Below are positions 37,701 to 48,246 of a DNA stretch of 64,000 nucleotides, one piece after another. This stretch comes from Amoebophrya sp. A120 (Eukaryota; Protista; Dinoflagellata). Where the stretch lies: positions 1,108,722-1,172,721 of the forward strand of contig CAJINV010000017.1 of the NCBI GenBank assembly GCA_905178155.1, read 5' to 3'. The notes below the pieces were generated by a model. The model searched no databases, was not told where the DNA came from, and saw only the letters and a program-made list of their open reading frames with translations. Every line of letters starts with the position of its first letter. The stretch's first letter is position 1. The translations under genes were made by a program, and so were the position numbers.

Positions 37701-40700
37701 GCAGCCGGCGTTTGCATATTAACATTTATCCGACAGCGCGATACTTTTTCCATGCATGAGAAGCTTGCGAATTCCTTTGCAAGCGGGTCAGACTTGGATT
37801 TGCCGACGCAGTTCACCTATCAAATGTAAAAATGTCTGGGTCTGGAAGATTGCAACTTGTCATGCTGATTTTGGATTCTAAAAAAATCTGTATTGCATGA
37901 GCAGCAAAGAGAGTCCAAGTTTTGCTACACGGAAAGAGCATTTGTCATGCGGTATAGGCATCAGGAAGCCCTCGCAAAATATGTGATGCTAGGGCATGCA
38001 TCACAGACATCAGGAGTCATGCAAAATGTGCATGACAAACTTGGCAATCTTCCAGACCCAGACACTTTTACATTTGATATCACCAAATACATGGGCCGCT
38101 TGCTGCAAGTCAATGGCATCGTGGACGACGCGGGTCTGGTGGCGGAGTTCCAGGACGAACTGCTGGGAATGTACGACGGCCAGGACAAGGACGACCCCTG
38201 GACGCAGGGCAAACTGTTTGATTCCTTAAAAGACCGGCTCTGTTTGAACGGGTTCATGGCCATGCAGACTGTGGACGAGAAAAAACAAACCATCGACTTC
38301 GCTGCACCCATGGTGAACGGGCAGGCGAGTGGTAAGAACGCGTATGTGGCAACGAACGAGTTCTCTTATGCCGGCGATTACGCGGACGGCAAGTTTTATC
38401 CTCTGCAAAAACATCGTCGCACTCACGGTAGTTCTTACTGCAATCGTGCCTTACAAAGAAAACGACGGGTCTCTCAGGAGGCAACTCAACATAAAAAACT
38501 CCGTTTGCCATGCTGAGAAAACTATCCTAAGATTGAAATTTGCATATACGATGACTCACCCAGTGCTGCGATGCTTCTGCAATCCATAAGTTTGACGGGC
38601 AGGGGGTCTTGAACGTGAAAGAAGGCGCGCTGAAGAAGTTCCAGGGCTTGAAAAAGTACGACGGCGAGTGGAAGGACGGTCTGAAGCACGGGAAAGCGGT
38701 CATCGAACACATTTTACGCATTGGTGCAAAAGTAGACGTTACCGCAAGTCCAAAATTGGAATTGCACGACAAGCTTGCGCAGCATGCAGCATACAATTTG
38801 TGATAGCTGATTTGGCTCAGAAACGAGATGTCTCATGCGTGACTGCGATTGGAAGTGAAACTCTGTAAGATAGCGAGAACACAACTTTTGCACAGGATGG
38901 ATTTCCACCACCAACGACGTCTCCAACGTGGACGGGAAATTTATCCAGTGCAGTTCAAAAACTACGCAGTTTCCACCGAGTTATTATGCACAGTCTACAT
39001 GGGTAGGAAGTTTGTCATGCTGTGGCTCCTCATCACAGGCATTGTTTTATTGTGACGGCAGGACTGAAAGTGCGTAAGCTTCAGCTTCTTCTAAGTCCGG
39101 CACTAAACGACATGCCCAAGAAGCCACCCAAACTACCTGTCACGCGCGTCGACCCCCAAAGAAAATCTACTTCGAGTTTTCTAGCAGAAAAAGTCCTCGC
39201 CCTCGCAACGTATTAATTCTGCAGCGGGAACCAGGTGGAAAAAAGTAGTTTTCGCACAGGATAGAATTTGAGAAGGGAAAGCTCTCCGAGGTGACGAAAA
39301 TCGTCTGCACGGGCGGGATCAAGAAGGATTCCTACAAGATGATTCAAGAAGGCAAGCAGAAGGTCCTCGTTTTCAGCGTGGACGGTAGCAAAAAGGAAGT
39401 GAAACTCACCGTTCCGAGCGGCGACGTGGGGAAACTAAAACAGAAAAACCTCGACATCAACGGGCCAATCGACGTGAAAGCCGAGGGCTGCGCGATAAAA
39501 GGAACCGTGTCGAAACACCAGCTGCAAGGAAAGGGTAAGGAAATAGGAGAGTTCTTGCTGCGTCGCGTAAATATGAGCCACTTCATCTTCTACAACTGCT
39601 GCATTATCAGCAAGTTGGCGTTGATACTTCTGCTTCTGTACTTCGCGAGAAGGCACGACCACTTGAGCCATATTAATATTTTAAGTACATTATTTCGTCA
39701 CATCACACGACCCGTCAGGTCTCGTCGAGGGCGCCGGCGGCAAGTACGACGGAAATTTCGCGAACAACCAACGCTCCGGCCAGGATATCCGGTGCAAAAG
39801 TATCGTGCTCGTACTGAGTGCAGCAGTCACGCATGGGAAATCTTTTCTGAAAAGTTAAACCAGCACTACAAACTTGTCACGCTGAGCAAATTTGGCATGC
39901 ACTTAGAACGAGTAAAGAGGCTTTTGCAATGCATACAGGGTGTCTGGACCTTCGGCGAGGAAGCCGTGTTTGAGGAGGATGCAGTATGAGAGAGCGCGAC
40001 AATTAGTAGTCCCATTCAGCATCTTGTTTCCCCCTATTTGTCATGCGAAAGCTTTACAGTTGCACCCGTTACCTAGTAGCACTACGCTGCATGACAAGTT
40101 GAAGCACTTGCTCAAGCAGCACTGGGATTCATGTACTAAAAAAATACGAATGATTCACTGTCATGTCATTAACATTTCTAGCACCTGTTCTGTTGTTGGT
40201 CCTTCATCATGTTCATTCCATACGGAAATGAGGGGAAAATAAACTAAAAGGGAGCTGCACAACAGTTCTCCAACGTTCATACGCAGCCAAGGGCAACTAC
40301 AAAGGCACTACCGTGACGTGCGATGGGGTCACCGGAAAGTTCGACTCCGATAAACCATATTAACCAGAAAAGTGTTAGCGATAATGTAGTTACACGGACT
40401 TTGTGATGTAGCAGCGCATGCAGAAAGAACTACACACGAAAAGAATTTGTATAGCTTGGCATGCGTGATAGACAAAATTTGTGATGCATGGCTGTCAGCT
40501 GTGAGAACCTTTACGCATTAACACTGTTTTGGTTGATAGGCCAACCGGAAAATTCAAGGTGGAAATCGTGAAGGACGGCAAGATATGCAGTGCAAATTTA
40601 AATGTCGATCAGGGTCTAGAATGAATCTTCATGTTGTGCTGATGCTAAGAAAGTACTTGGTGTGGAGGTCCGGAAGATCATTGACAGGTATCAACTTTCA

Positions 40701-41229
40701 AAAATCTTCTTACGCGACCACGCATGAAAAGTGTAGTTGCTGTGGAAGTAGTACGACTACCTGGCGTCGTACTTAAAATGAGCCGAGCGACGACGACGAG
40801 TCGCGTTTTTGCGCGCCGCAGACACACATATATATGAATGGCGCCACTTTAGTAGAGCGAAGACGCAGACCACTTTTGTCTCGTGTCAGAGTCAGCCTCA
40901 GCCATGGAGCAGAATGACAATATAATGTTTTGCAAGCTGTTTCTGCACCCAGATGTAGTTGACAAAATGTTTGCAATGCATACAAGAAGGTGGGCACTGT
41001 GAACTACACGTGCCTGAAAGCGGGCGACAAAGCTCGCGTGAACATGCTCTCCTGCCCGCCGGCCTGCTGCGCCGCACCGCTGCCCGCCGGAATGCTGGAC
41101 GAAAAGTTTCCGCGGACCCAGGCCTTGCCGTTCGGCGCTGTCGGCGGTATCCCGCTGGAGTTCAACGACATTACAATTAAGGTGGAGTACCCAGCCATCA
41201 CACCCTGGGGCGAGGCGCTGAAATTCTAG
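4703..41229 (+). CDS. Giant multi-exon membrane protein (~4,500 aa by hand splicing): signal peptide, 2 PAN/Apple domains, cadherin-like beta-sandwich repeats, multipass TM region, C-terminal MORN repeats
   Basis: GC3-rich exons rejoin in frame across GT-AG and introner introns at most junctions, including YTE|KKKQVMDFF across 15492-29644; a few junctions are unresolved. PAN-like motifs: DCEQACYFSSSCRYTAY...ECNQY and QCIESCYKDRKCVAVN...ICDLF. Beta-sandwich starts such as LSDLYLSSSCSLEPAFQP. TM blocks at ~9370-10530, ~14830-15390 and ~30310-30480. MORN-like motifs: YCGSWKNHKYHGDG, YDGNFENGLRCGKG, YDGEWKDGLKHGK, YDGNFANNQRSGQG. Confidence 0.7.
8079..8257 (+). mobile_element. Introner-type non-canonical intron, family 1
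   Basis: Inverted repeats tatgcattgcaaaagt / acttttgcaatgcata; removal restores the frame (NCIMKPKKF). Related copies at ~8708-8973, 12371-12520, 39787-39940 and 40584-40987. Confidence 0.75.
9804..10061 (+). mobile_element. Introner-type non-canonical intron
   Basis: Structure gctga|tatgac...gtcata|gctga (5-bp direct repeat plus inverted ends); removal gives in-frame SIADAAKREAE. Confidence 0.7.
12551..12795 (+). mobile_element. Introner-type non-canonical intron, family 2
   Basis: Structure cgacc|tatcaa..aaaaatgt.tgggtct ... agacccagacattttt..ttgata|cgacc; removal restores the frame (WFRDPTYDT). Confidence 0.8.
13731..14015 (+). mobile_element. Introner-type non-canonical intron, family 3
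   Basis: Perfect 23-bp inverted repeat tatcctatgtaaaaacgtaccca with direct repeat tgcat; removal restores the frame (KLHSDVFCG). Confidence 0.8.
15722..15803. repeat. Left terminal inverted repeat
   Basis: Matches the reverse complement of 29490-29569: near-perfect outer ~20 bp, then GATTTTCTC...AGATTTTTTTTTT..AAAAATTTTG. Confidence 0.85.
16560..16995. repeat. Subterminal array of TCCACA(G)TCGC motifs
   Basis: About 10 dispersed direct copies (e.g. ~16589, 16671, 16773, 16798, 16825, 16846, 16979) in a GC-rich stretch near the left TIR. Confidence 0.65.
18009..21232 (-). CDS. Transposon cargo gene 2: orphan multi-exon protein (~650-750 aa)
   Basis: ATG at 21232 (MANRLARHPTGEVAQEFLQNAALP). 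GC-rich exons at ~21051-20980, 20763-20575, 20412-20200, 20059-19858, 19642-19533, 19282-19179, 19007-18421 and 18278-18009 are separated by GT-AG and non-canonical introns. Ends ...GGSDDEDE*. No family recognised. Confidence 0.65.
22184..22370 (-). CDS. Isolated exon-like segment inside the transposon
   Basis: GC-rich, codon-biased island (GHRTLAHHDYFTLAVMRQRRWSPW...) within AT-rich sequence; start codon and partner exons not resolved. Confidence 0.3.
22507..22792. mobile_element. MITE-like foldback element inside the transposon
   Basis: 25-bp inverted repeats ttcctcacaaaaagtgatcactttt / aaaagtgaccactttttgtgaggaa (1 mismatch), with internal gtgaactcgaaaaa and gctcaaaagtga repeats; no clear TSD. 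Confidence 0.55.
22905..25289 (-). CDS. Transposon cargo gene 1: orphan ~710-aa charged protein, 3 exons
   Basis: ORFs 24183-25289, 24164-24643 and 22905-24086 are separated by two foldback introns (24529-24634 restores DDDVDDELL; ~24064-24198 approximate). Acidic N-terminus, one CLFC motif, basic C-terminus. Confidence 0.65.
25513..27696 (-). CDS. Divergent hAT-superfamily DDE transposase (~605 aa, 4 exons)
   Basis: Exons 27696-26941, 26830-26404, 26250-25994 and ~25896-25513 join across GT-AG introns. hAT-like motifs occur in the expected order: YRVEIDGTT (D1, ~27464), VTDSGG (D2, ~27140), RCKVHQTAL (CxxH, ~27040), CPVWTRWLT (TRW, ~26555) and STKNCEKR (candidate E, ~25592). Confidence 0.7.
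28789..29260 (-). repeat. Tandem duplication (period 239 bp) of a hairpin-rich unit with Pol III A/B-box-like motifs; candidate ncRNA
   Basis: Copies at 28789-29021 and 29028-29260. The - strand has TGGCCGAGCGG at 28830-28840 and 29069-29079, GGTTCGA(TT/AA)C at 28767-28776, 29008-29017 and 29247-29256, and T8 at 28748-28755. Confidence 0.75.
29302..29365. other. Perfect 22-bp stem hairpin with a 20-nt loop
   Basis: gctattccgcatggtatggtgg (29302-29323) is the exact reverse complement of 29344-29365. Confidence 0.85.
29490..29569. repeat. Right terminal inverted repeat
   Basis: Reverse complement of the left TIR; followed by the duplicated acaaatgt. Confidence 0.85.
31273..31529 (+). mobile_element. 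Introner-type intron, family 2
   Basis: tatcaactgtaaaaatgtctgggtctgga ... tccagacccagacatttttacttttgata; removal restores the frame (VACTLQIV). Confidence 0.8.
31596..31879 (+). mobile_element. Introner-type intron, family 3 (uninterrupted paralog of the transposon host)
   Basis: Structure ttgac|tatcatttgtaaaaacgtccccac ... gtggggacgtttttacaaatgata|ttgac. Confidence 0.85.
32171..33409 (+). mobile_element. 1.24-kb GC-rich TIR element acting as an intron
   Basis: Perfect 23-bp inverted repeat accgaaataaacgccctcgtacg (32178-32200 / 33376-33398) with direct repeat agtac; removal gives in-frame GSTMRGGG. Confidence 0.75.
34920..35205 (+). mobile_element. Introner-type intron, family 2
   Basis: Structure aagaa|tatcaactgcaaatatgtctgggtctgga ... 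tccagacccaggcattatatttgc..cata|aagaa. Confidence 0.8.
37818..38084 (+). mobile_element. Introner-type intron, family 2
   Basis: Structure tcacc|tatcaaatgtaaaaatgtctgggtctggaagattg ... caatcttccagacccagacacttttacatttgata|tcacc; interior similar to 34920-35205. Confidence 0.85.
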
Positions 41230-42159
41230 ACGAAAAAAAAATCACATCAGCGTTTCGGTCAACAGCCAGCACCGCGAAAAAGCGCTGGTGCTGGCTGCAA
41301 GGATATATTTCGAGAAGGTACTTTTAGTACTCGTCGAGGTACAAGTAATTTTTTAGTCCTTTACTTTTTACAGACATGTCTCAGAGAAACACACACCAAC
41401 ATCCGTAGTTTCCGTAGTATGTATTGAACAAGAAGAAGAAAGCAAGTAGATATGATTTAGAAAAACTCCAAAATATGATTATCTGCACGTAGAAATTTAT
41501 CTAAAGATGATCCTTACAGCACGAGGCGACTGACGTGGAAGAGAGACGAAGTCTCAACTTTGACGGCGCGAAACTAATCACTTCATCTAGCCATGATTTC
41601 TTTGAGTTTGAGCAGTTCTCGAGTCGGAAGGTGGGACTATCTCAGACAATCGCAGTATCCTGTTACATCATTTTCCTTGGAATTATAAAAATCAATACTC
41701 TATTGTGCTGTCTGAAATGAAGGGATATGCATAATGATAATCTTTGGGAAAGAAAAAACACGTGGGAATAGTGGGAATAGATAATGGTCGGGAAGCTTCC
41801 GATTTTGTGTAGCTGCAAAATTTGAATCAAGATGAACTATGCAGTTCGGGATTTTTCAACAACACGAAAATTCTTTACGTAGACCACATAAATATCGAGA
41901 AAACTTAAGAAAATTTTCCGCAGTCTCACGACCCCCTCCTGACTTCTTTATCTCTGCAACTGCAGCAAGAGAAACTGCATATATTTGTGGCTTTTATTCT
42001 TGCAGGGCTTTTGGGCGATGGTGTAATCGTAATGGGAACGGGAGATGCGAAGATTGACCAATAATCAATGCTGATGATTTTTTATCAAAAAAGTACGAGT
42101 TTTTAACCACATGACAACTAAGTAGAGAGAAAGTAACTTTTTCGAAAACGAAATCATCA

Positions 42160-43046
42160 TGGGCGCGGGCGTTGCAGCTCTAGAAGCCAGTCAGAAAATG
42201 AAATAAACAGTGAATCAAAGAAGTTTCGATTATTCGTTCGATAATGTTTGGCAGAATGAAAATAATTTTATTGAAATTACATGAAGTACTACCGAAAAAA
42301 TCAGAAAGAGACCGTTTGGAGAGCAGAGGCTTGTGACAATTACGGCGGCCTGACAAGAAAGCTTTCGCTTCTCCTCTTGGGAGACCGGAAAATAGAAATA
42401 GTGGCTCGCTTAGTAGAAAAAGTTGAAGCAGGTCGGCGTCGGGGACGCATGGCTGCATAGTATGCTTTTTTCTGCATGTTCTTGGTTGTAGTTGCGCTTG
42501 CGCGTTAATAGAAAGTACCTCCAGGCGCGCCCGGTCGAAGATGTCGACGATCGCCGTTGGAATCGAATCACAATCAGTGTATGGAAGATCGATTATTAGA
42601 ACCGATCAGCGTTTTTGCGCTTCTCCCTGCATCGGCGTGATCATACGGTGGGCTTTTATTTGCCCCCTTTTTTATCCGAGACAGTAATTGCACCTTCCGG
42701 TTCGTTCGGTGGCAGCAGATCGTAGTCGAGGATATGCGTCGCGTCCAACCTGAAACGGTCCTCATTGATGAGCAGTTTGATGAAAATGGAGAAAAAAAAT
42801 GTATCGCACCACCTCCACGGCGCTCTGTGCCGTTGAGGCTGATAGAATGAAAGAGATCCTATGACGACAGCGATGACGTTGAAGCGTTTTGTTAGTTTTG
42901 CGATTTCATTGTCTAATACTAATGGCGTGGGCCTTTGCCTAGCTACAGCTTACGCTAAGCATCTGTGGTTCCAAAAAAGCAACTGTGTCATCATCTTTGG
43001 GTTCCTTTCTTTCGCAGAACATGCGATCGTGGTTTTTAAGATCCAT
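42160..43046 (-). CDS. Possible multi-exon gene of unknown function, divergent from the FtsH-like gene
   Basis: Short codon-like exons with GT/AG edges (LINEDRFRLDATHILDYDLLPPNEPE; IPTAIVDIFDRARLE; PCVPDADLLQ); ends not resolved. Confidence 0.3.
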
Positions 43047-43265
43047 TCCGATCGTTGACTTGCTGCTCCTGGATTTCTACTCAGGCAGACACGACAGACA
43101 GCATTTCGAAGGATAGTATCGCAAAAAAGTACACCTACGCCCCCCGTCGCGTATCTATCTTAATTTGAGATGACGCGACGGCGTGACAAAAATGCAGCGA
43201 TCTTCTCATGCGGCAGATAGTACTTGACGATCTTTGTTCCTTATTATCTTTCGGAAACTACATAA

Positions 43266-46200
43266 ATGATGTCCGAGGAACCCGAGGCGGAGCAGGACGT
43301 TCTCTCCTTTTCGGAGCGCGTCCTGAAGCAGAGCCAGCACGCGCAGGCCCACTGTCTGAAAAAAGCCGCCGAGTACCGCCAGGACCCAACTAGGCTGCTC
43401 CTTGATTTAACGGCTCTACGAGAGACGGTGCTCTCGACCAAGGTTCCGGGAAGCCAAACGGGTGTCCGGGCGCTGGTGAGAGGCTGTGAAGCCCTTCGGA
43501 GATCACAAGTTGCAAGGTATGTCGAGGAGAATTACTTGCTACAACCCGGTCCGGCTGCTCTTCAACAAGGAAACAGCAGCGGTACGAGCGAAGAGGTAAA
43601 TGCTCAACTGCAGCACAATCAGGACGCAGGTGGACCGCAGTTCCTTTACGACAACCCAGCACAACATGCTGAAGAAGGAACACCAGCAGATCCCAGCAAC
43701 TTCACGATTCGCGAACTACTTCTGAAGTTCAGAAGAGCACTCCTCACGTTCTACCACTTTCTCGCGACGCGCCTCACACCGGTACAGCGAAGCGGGCTGC
43801 GATTGGTTTTCGCGTTTTGGATTTTCACGTGGCTGCTGCAGAGACGGTGGAGAAGGCTGCGAAATGCTTCGGAAATTACACGAACTGGAGCTACAACTTC
43901 TATTAAAGCCAAGAAAAATTATTTTTCTAGCGAACTGAATTCCACAAAATCAAAATCCCTCGCATCGTCCGGAGCAGTGGCTCAGCTCATTGGCCTCTCA
44001 ACCTTGATGCATGACATCAAGGAGGGCAGGATTGAGAAAGTCGAGTTTCTCGGACCTTCCTCAGTCATTGCGCAGTACAACGATAGTATAAGCGTAGTTG
44101 ACTACGGAAGCACTGCAGGAGGTCGGGGCGTAGCTGGCGAAACGGGTAGTGGTGAAAGAGGATCAGGAGGACGGACGATGAAAAATCAATTGTCACCACC
44201 AGGCCACCACAAGACCTACGTCCCAGCACCATCACCAAGCAACAAGTTTGCGCAGGCGGTGTTAGCCCCGGGCTCCCGGGAAGCGTTTTTCGCTTTGGTG
44301 CGGGAGCACGTGCCGCAGTTTGCTGTCGGCGAGGTGCCGCCGGAAAAGCTGGCGACGCGGTTTTTTCGAGGGTTGCTGCAGCTCGCGGTCCCGTCCGCGT
44401 TCCTGGCTGTTTGGTACCAGCTGCTAAAGTCGATCATCGATAAGAAAGAGGACTACGATCCCTCGAAGCAAAACCGGAGACAGTCGAACTTGGGGAATCC
44501 AAAGGACCGGCAAGTGAAGCTATCCGACATCACGCTGCCACACGCGGTGAAACAGGAATTGTTTGAAGTGGTGGACCTTTTGAATCACCCGGAAAAGTAC
44601 CGCCACCACGGTGTGGTTCCCTTTCGCGGCGTTCTCCTGACCGGCCCGTCAGGAACCGGGAAGACGATTATCACAAGAGAAGCATACTACTGTTCTTCTC
44701 TGTATAGAAATTTGTGATGGCGAGGAGGCAACTAGCTACACAGATCATGAAAAAGTGTGTCACTACACGAGGCAAGACAGAGCATTTTTCGTCCATCTTG
44801 TGCTGTAGTTTTTTCTTCGGAAGCACGCAATGCAAGTTTCCTTTGTCGCGGAGTGGTTGTAGAGTAGCAGTTGTGACGCAATCGCAAGCCCAAGCCCCCT
44901 TCCACAAAAGTGATATGAAGGAGGGAACAGCCATTTTTTTTTTCCTCCCGATAACGATGGTGGCCCGGGCAGTGGCTTACGAAGCGGAGGCCGCGTTTCT
45001 TTCCTGTGTCGGGTCGGAACTGATCGAGCTCTACGTTGGCCGCGGGGCAGCAAGGGTGCGGGCGATTTTCGCGAAGGCGCGACAGCTCGCTTGTGCCGCG
45101 AGTGGTCCTGGTTGCGGAACGATAAGGAACGGGAAGAGGTGGAATTTCGGGAGCGGGACGTCGAGGAATAGAAGCAATTGTACTTCGTCTGCGCCGCCTA
45201 TTACGCATTGCAAAACCAAAAGCAGAGTCAACGTACTAAATCATCTTAATTGCATTCACTACGTGTTGTATAGAAAAATTTGTGAAGCTGCAGCTGGTTT
45301 AGAAACTACAAGGGAAGCAGTACCACAAGACAGAACGACGTACTTCAGATGCAATATTGAGATAGGGGCTAGAAAGATGAATGCACGAACTGCGCGAGAC
45401 TTCTGCAGTGGATACCTGCTACTCCCCTCCAACACTTTCTTCGGGCCGCAGCGGGCAGCGTCGGCGCGTCGAAATACTTTAGCATAAAGGCAGGGACGAG
45501 CCGCCAGCATGTGGAAAGTACCTCGTCCTGCGTGCTATTTTTCGACGAGATCGATGCGGTCGGGGCCAGGACTGGGTCGTCCAGTCGGATCGGCAGCAGC
45601 GGTCCGCACGACGAGGTGATTCAGACGGTGAATCAGTTGCTGCATGAACTGGACGGCTTCGGATGTTCCGCGTCCGACGACCGCGTGTTGGTGCTCGGCG
45701 CCACGAACCGGTACGAGGCTTTGGACAGTGCGCTGCTCCGCCCGGGCAGGTTCGACCGCCAGATCTTTTTGCGGTTGCCAACCGCAAAGGAGCGGGGTCT
45801 GATTCTGGAAAATCTACTCAGGAAAAAGCCGGTCTTGCTGTTTCCGGAGCTTGGCGAGACATTGGAAACGCTGTGCGCCGACGAAGTGATGGGAAATACG
45901 AGCAGCGGCGTCTGCTTCTCTATGAAATTGGAAAGGGAATGTTGATCATGTTGTGAATGTATAGTCATGTGGTCACGCAATACTGGGATGGTGAAAACGA
46001 AAAGGTGAAAATATAAATGAATTCATTTCTGTCATGCACGCGACAGACACGCTGAAATACTCCTCGCTGCGGGTTACTGATGTCCTCTTAGTTTGCACTG
46101 TAATTGTATCTCAAAACGACATCACAATTAGACTTTTCCAAGTCACATTCTCCGGAGCGGACGTTGCCCACATCGTCATGGAGGCTGTCTACAACAGTCT

Positions 46201-47623
46201 GCGTCGGGAACCGCAGATTTTGGTGAGGAAAATTCCGAAGCGGGAGAGAGGCGGTCCAGTTCCTGGCGCACCAGGAACATCAACATACACGAGTGCTACG
46301 TTGTCCCCTTTCGCCTTCGCGACATCAAGCAATAAATGGCGGCCCCTTGACATGTCCGTTTTGCAAAACCACCTCAATAGTGGTAGATCGGCGGCCGCGG
46401 CTCCTAGTACTGGCGCAACTAATGCAGCGGTGGAGAAGAAACCGAATGCGACGCGGCACTGCGGCCCCGGAACAGCCGCGGCGGCCTCGCGCTCCTCGAC
46501 GTCAGGAGCATCCTCGCCGAGTAAATGTAAAGCGAAAGCAGCTCCTGCAAAGGGAGTTGCAGGCGGCACAGGAGCATCATCTTCGGTGACGACGGGAACC
46601 CCCGCAGCTCGGAGTTGTAACGCCACCACATCTTCCTCGTCGTCCGTCGAAACTCCGTTCCCTTCCTCTACCACAGCCACGCCCACCACGTGTTTCACCC
46701 CCGACGCAGATGTTTGGGAGCAATCAGGAAGGCTTGCCCTTGGCCGCCCCCGCGAACACGCAACAGTCTCAATCACCGGACTGGGAGCGGCCAGTCCGAC
46801 GGGCGCTAGTGGAGGAAGCTACGGGGGCCAAAATAGCACTACGTACGGACTGAATAACCGCTCCCTGATTTCCCTAACCGGCACTGGCGCTAGAAACGAG
46901 AGCAGGACCCAAAATAGCAATCGACCGCGCGCGGACTCGACAGGCGCGTTTTCCGACACCAGTGGGAAGAGTGACGCGACCTTTCGCACACCGTCCTCTT
47001 CGGAATCGATTTCGGCGCAGGATGTTGCATCGAGCAGAAGGGGAAATGAGAGGAGAGGAAGTAGTGGGACGGACTCCAAAGCTCGTCGTGTTCAAGAGGA
47101 GCCAGGTCGCCGCGGGGCCCTAGCACAAACTAGCTTTTACAACATTGGTAGCAGTTCTGCTGGGAGCTCGGCAACCTCGGGCTCCCTCGCAGCAGGAGCG
47201 GACAGCGCCACGAATACCAATTCTAATTCCTCCTCTGACAGTTCCGACGATGATGAGGACGAAAATAAACTCGACACGTCAACATCCAATGCGGCAGCCA
47301 ACCTTCTGTCTCGACTCTCAGACCATCAGCCTATCCTGCGCAGCTGGATGCAACGAGCAGCAAGCTTCGGCACTGCAACGGAGTCTCTAAATGCGGCCGG
47401 ACCTTCTGGTGGAGTGGAGGCTCCTCATGAACTACAGGATCATATGACCAAACCTCCTCGCGTCGCGATTCTTTACTGCGACCTGGAGAAAGCCGTGGCT
47501 CGGGTCGCCGCGCAGGTCCGGACAAGGGCGCAGGGGGAAAGATGGAAACTCTTTCCCGGTGGAGGGGGTGGACAATTTGGAAAGGATGGTGAGAAATTTT
47601 TTGCAGAGGCGCTGGCTGTTTAA
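43266..47623 (+). CDS. FtsH-like membrane AAA+ ATPase with no recognisable M41 protease domain
   Basis: Two TM segments flank an FtsH-type extramembrane stretch. Walker A GPSGTGKT (followed by introner 44669-44958, DR acgat), pore loop ELYVGRGAARVR, Walker B LFFDEIDAVG, SRH ATNR...DSALLRPGRFDR, lid FSGAD. No HExxH seen after the ATPase domain. Confidence 0.8.
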
Positions 47624-48246
47624 ACAAAAAGAAAAAGAGGTGCTACTCGTTCAGGGACGAGGAGAGGTTTTCACTGGATCTGGAATTGGCGAAAGCCCAA
47701 TTATCTCCACAGAGCCGCGCCCGAACAAGGCAGTTCTTTTTCATTTTGCTGTACAACTCGCGTTGTTCCCTCAATAGCATGACTTTCACAGGCGATGCCG
47801 ATGTAGCCGTTGGTGGAATCCTCGTTCCTCGTCGTTCTCCAGCAGGTTGCTCTGTGAAATATCAGTTGTCGTATATATGCTTTTTCTAGTTAATAATTCT
47901 ATTTGATGCGGCTTGTCGTCGTAGCCGAGTCCCGCGGCTCGTGACGAAGACAGAATCGACACCAGGCGGACGAGGACATTGAATATGAAAAAAAGTGTCT
48001 TGCTTGCTAAGTGACGTCGAGTGAGAGTGTGTCACAATTGCGATTAGCGCAGATCCTTCGAAAAAAAAGGCTCGGCCTTCGTGCCAATAAACTACTACAG
48101 ATTAATAAATTTTAGAGTACGTTGCCCTCGCGAAGAAGCCCGAGACGGTCGGCTCCATTTTTGACTTGCTGCAGCCGGCTGAAGATCTGCATACCTAGAG
48201 CTTCGTTTTTCGTCGCTGGCGCCTGTCTTCTATATTCGTCAGACGA

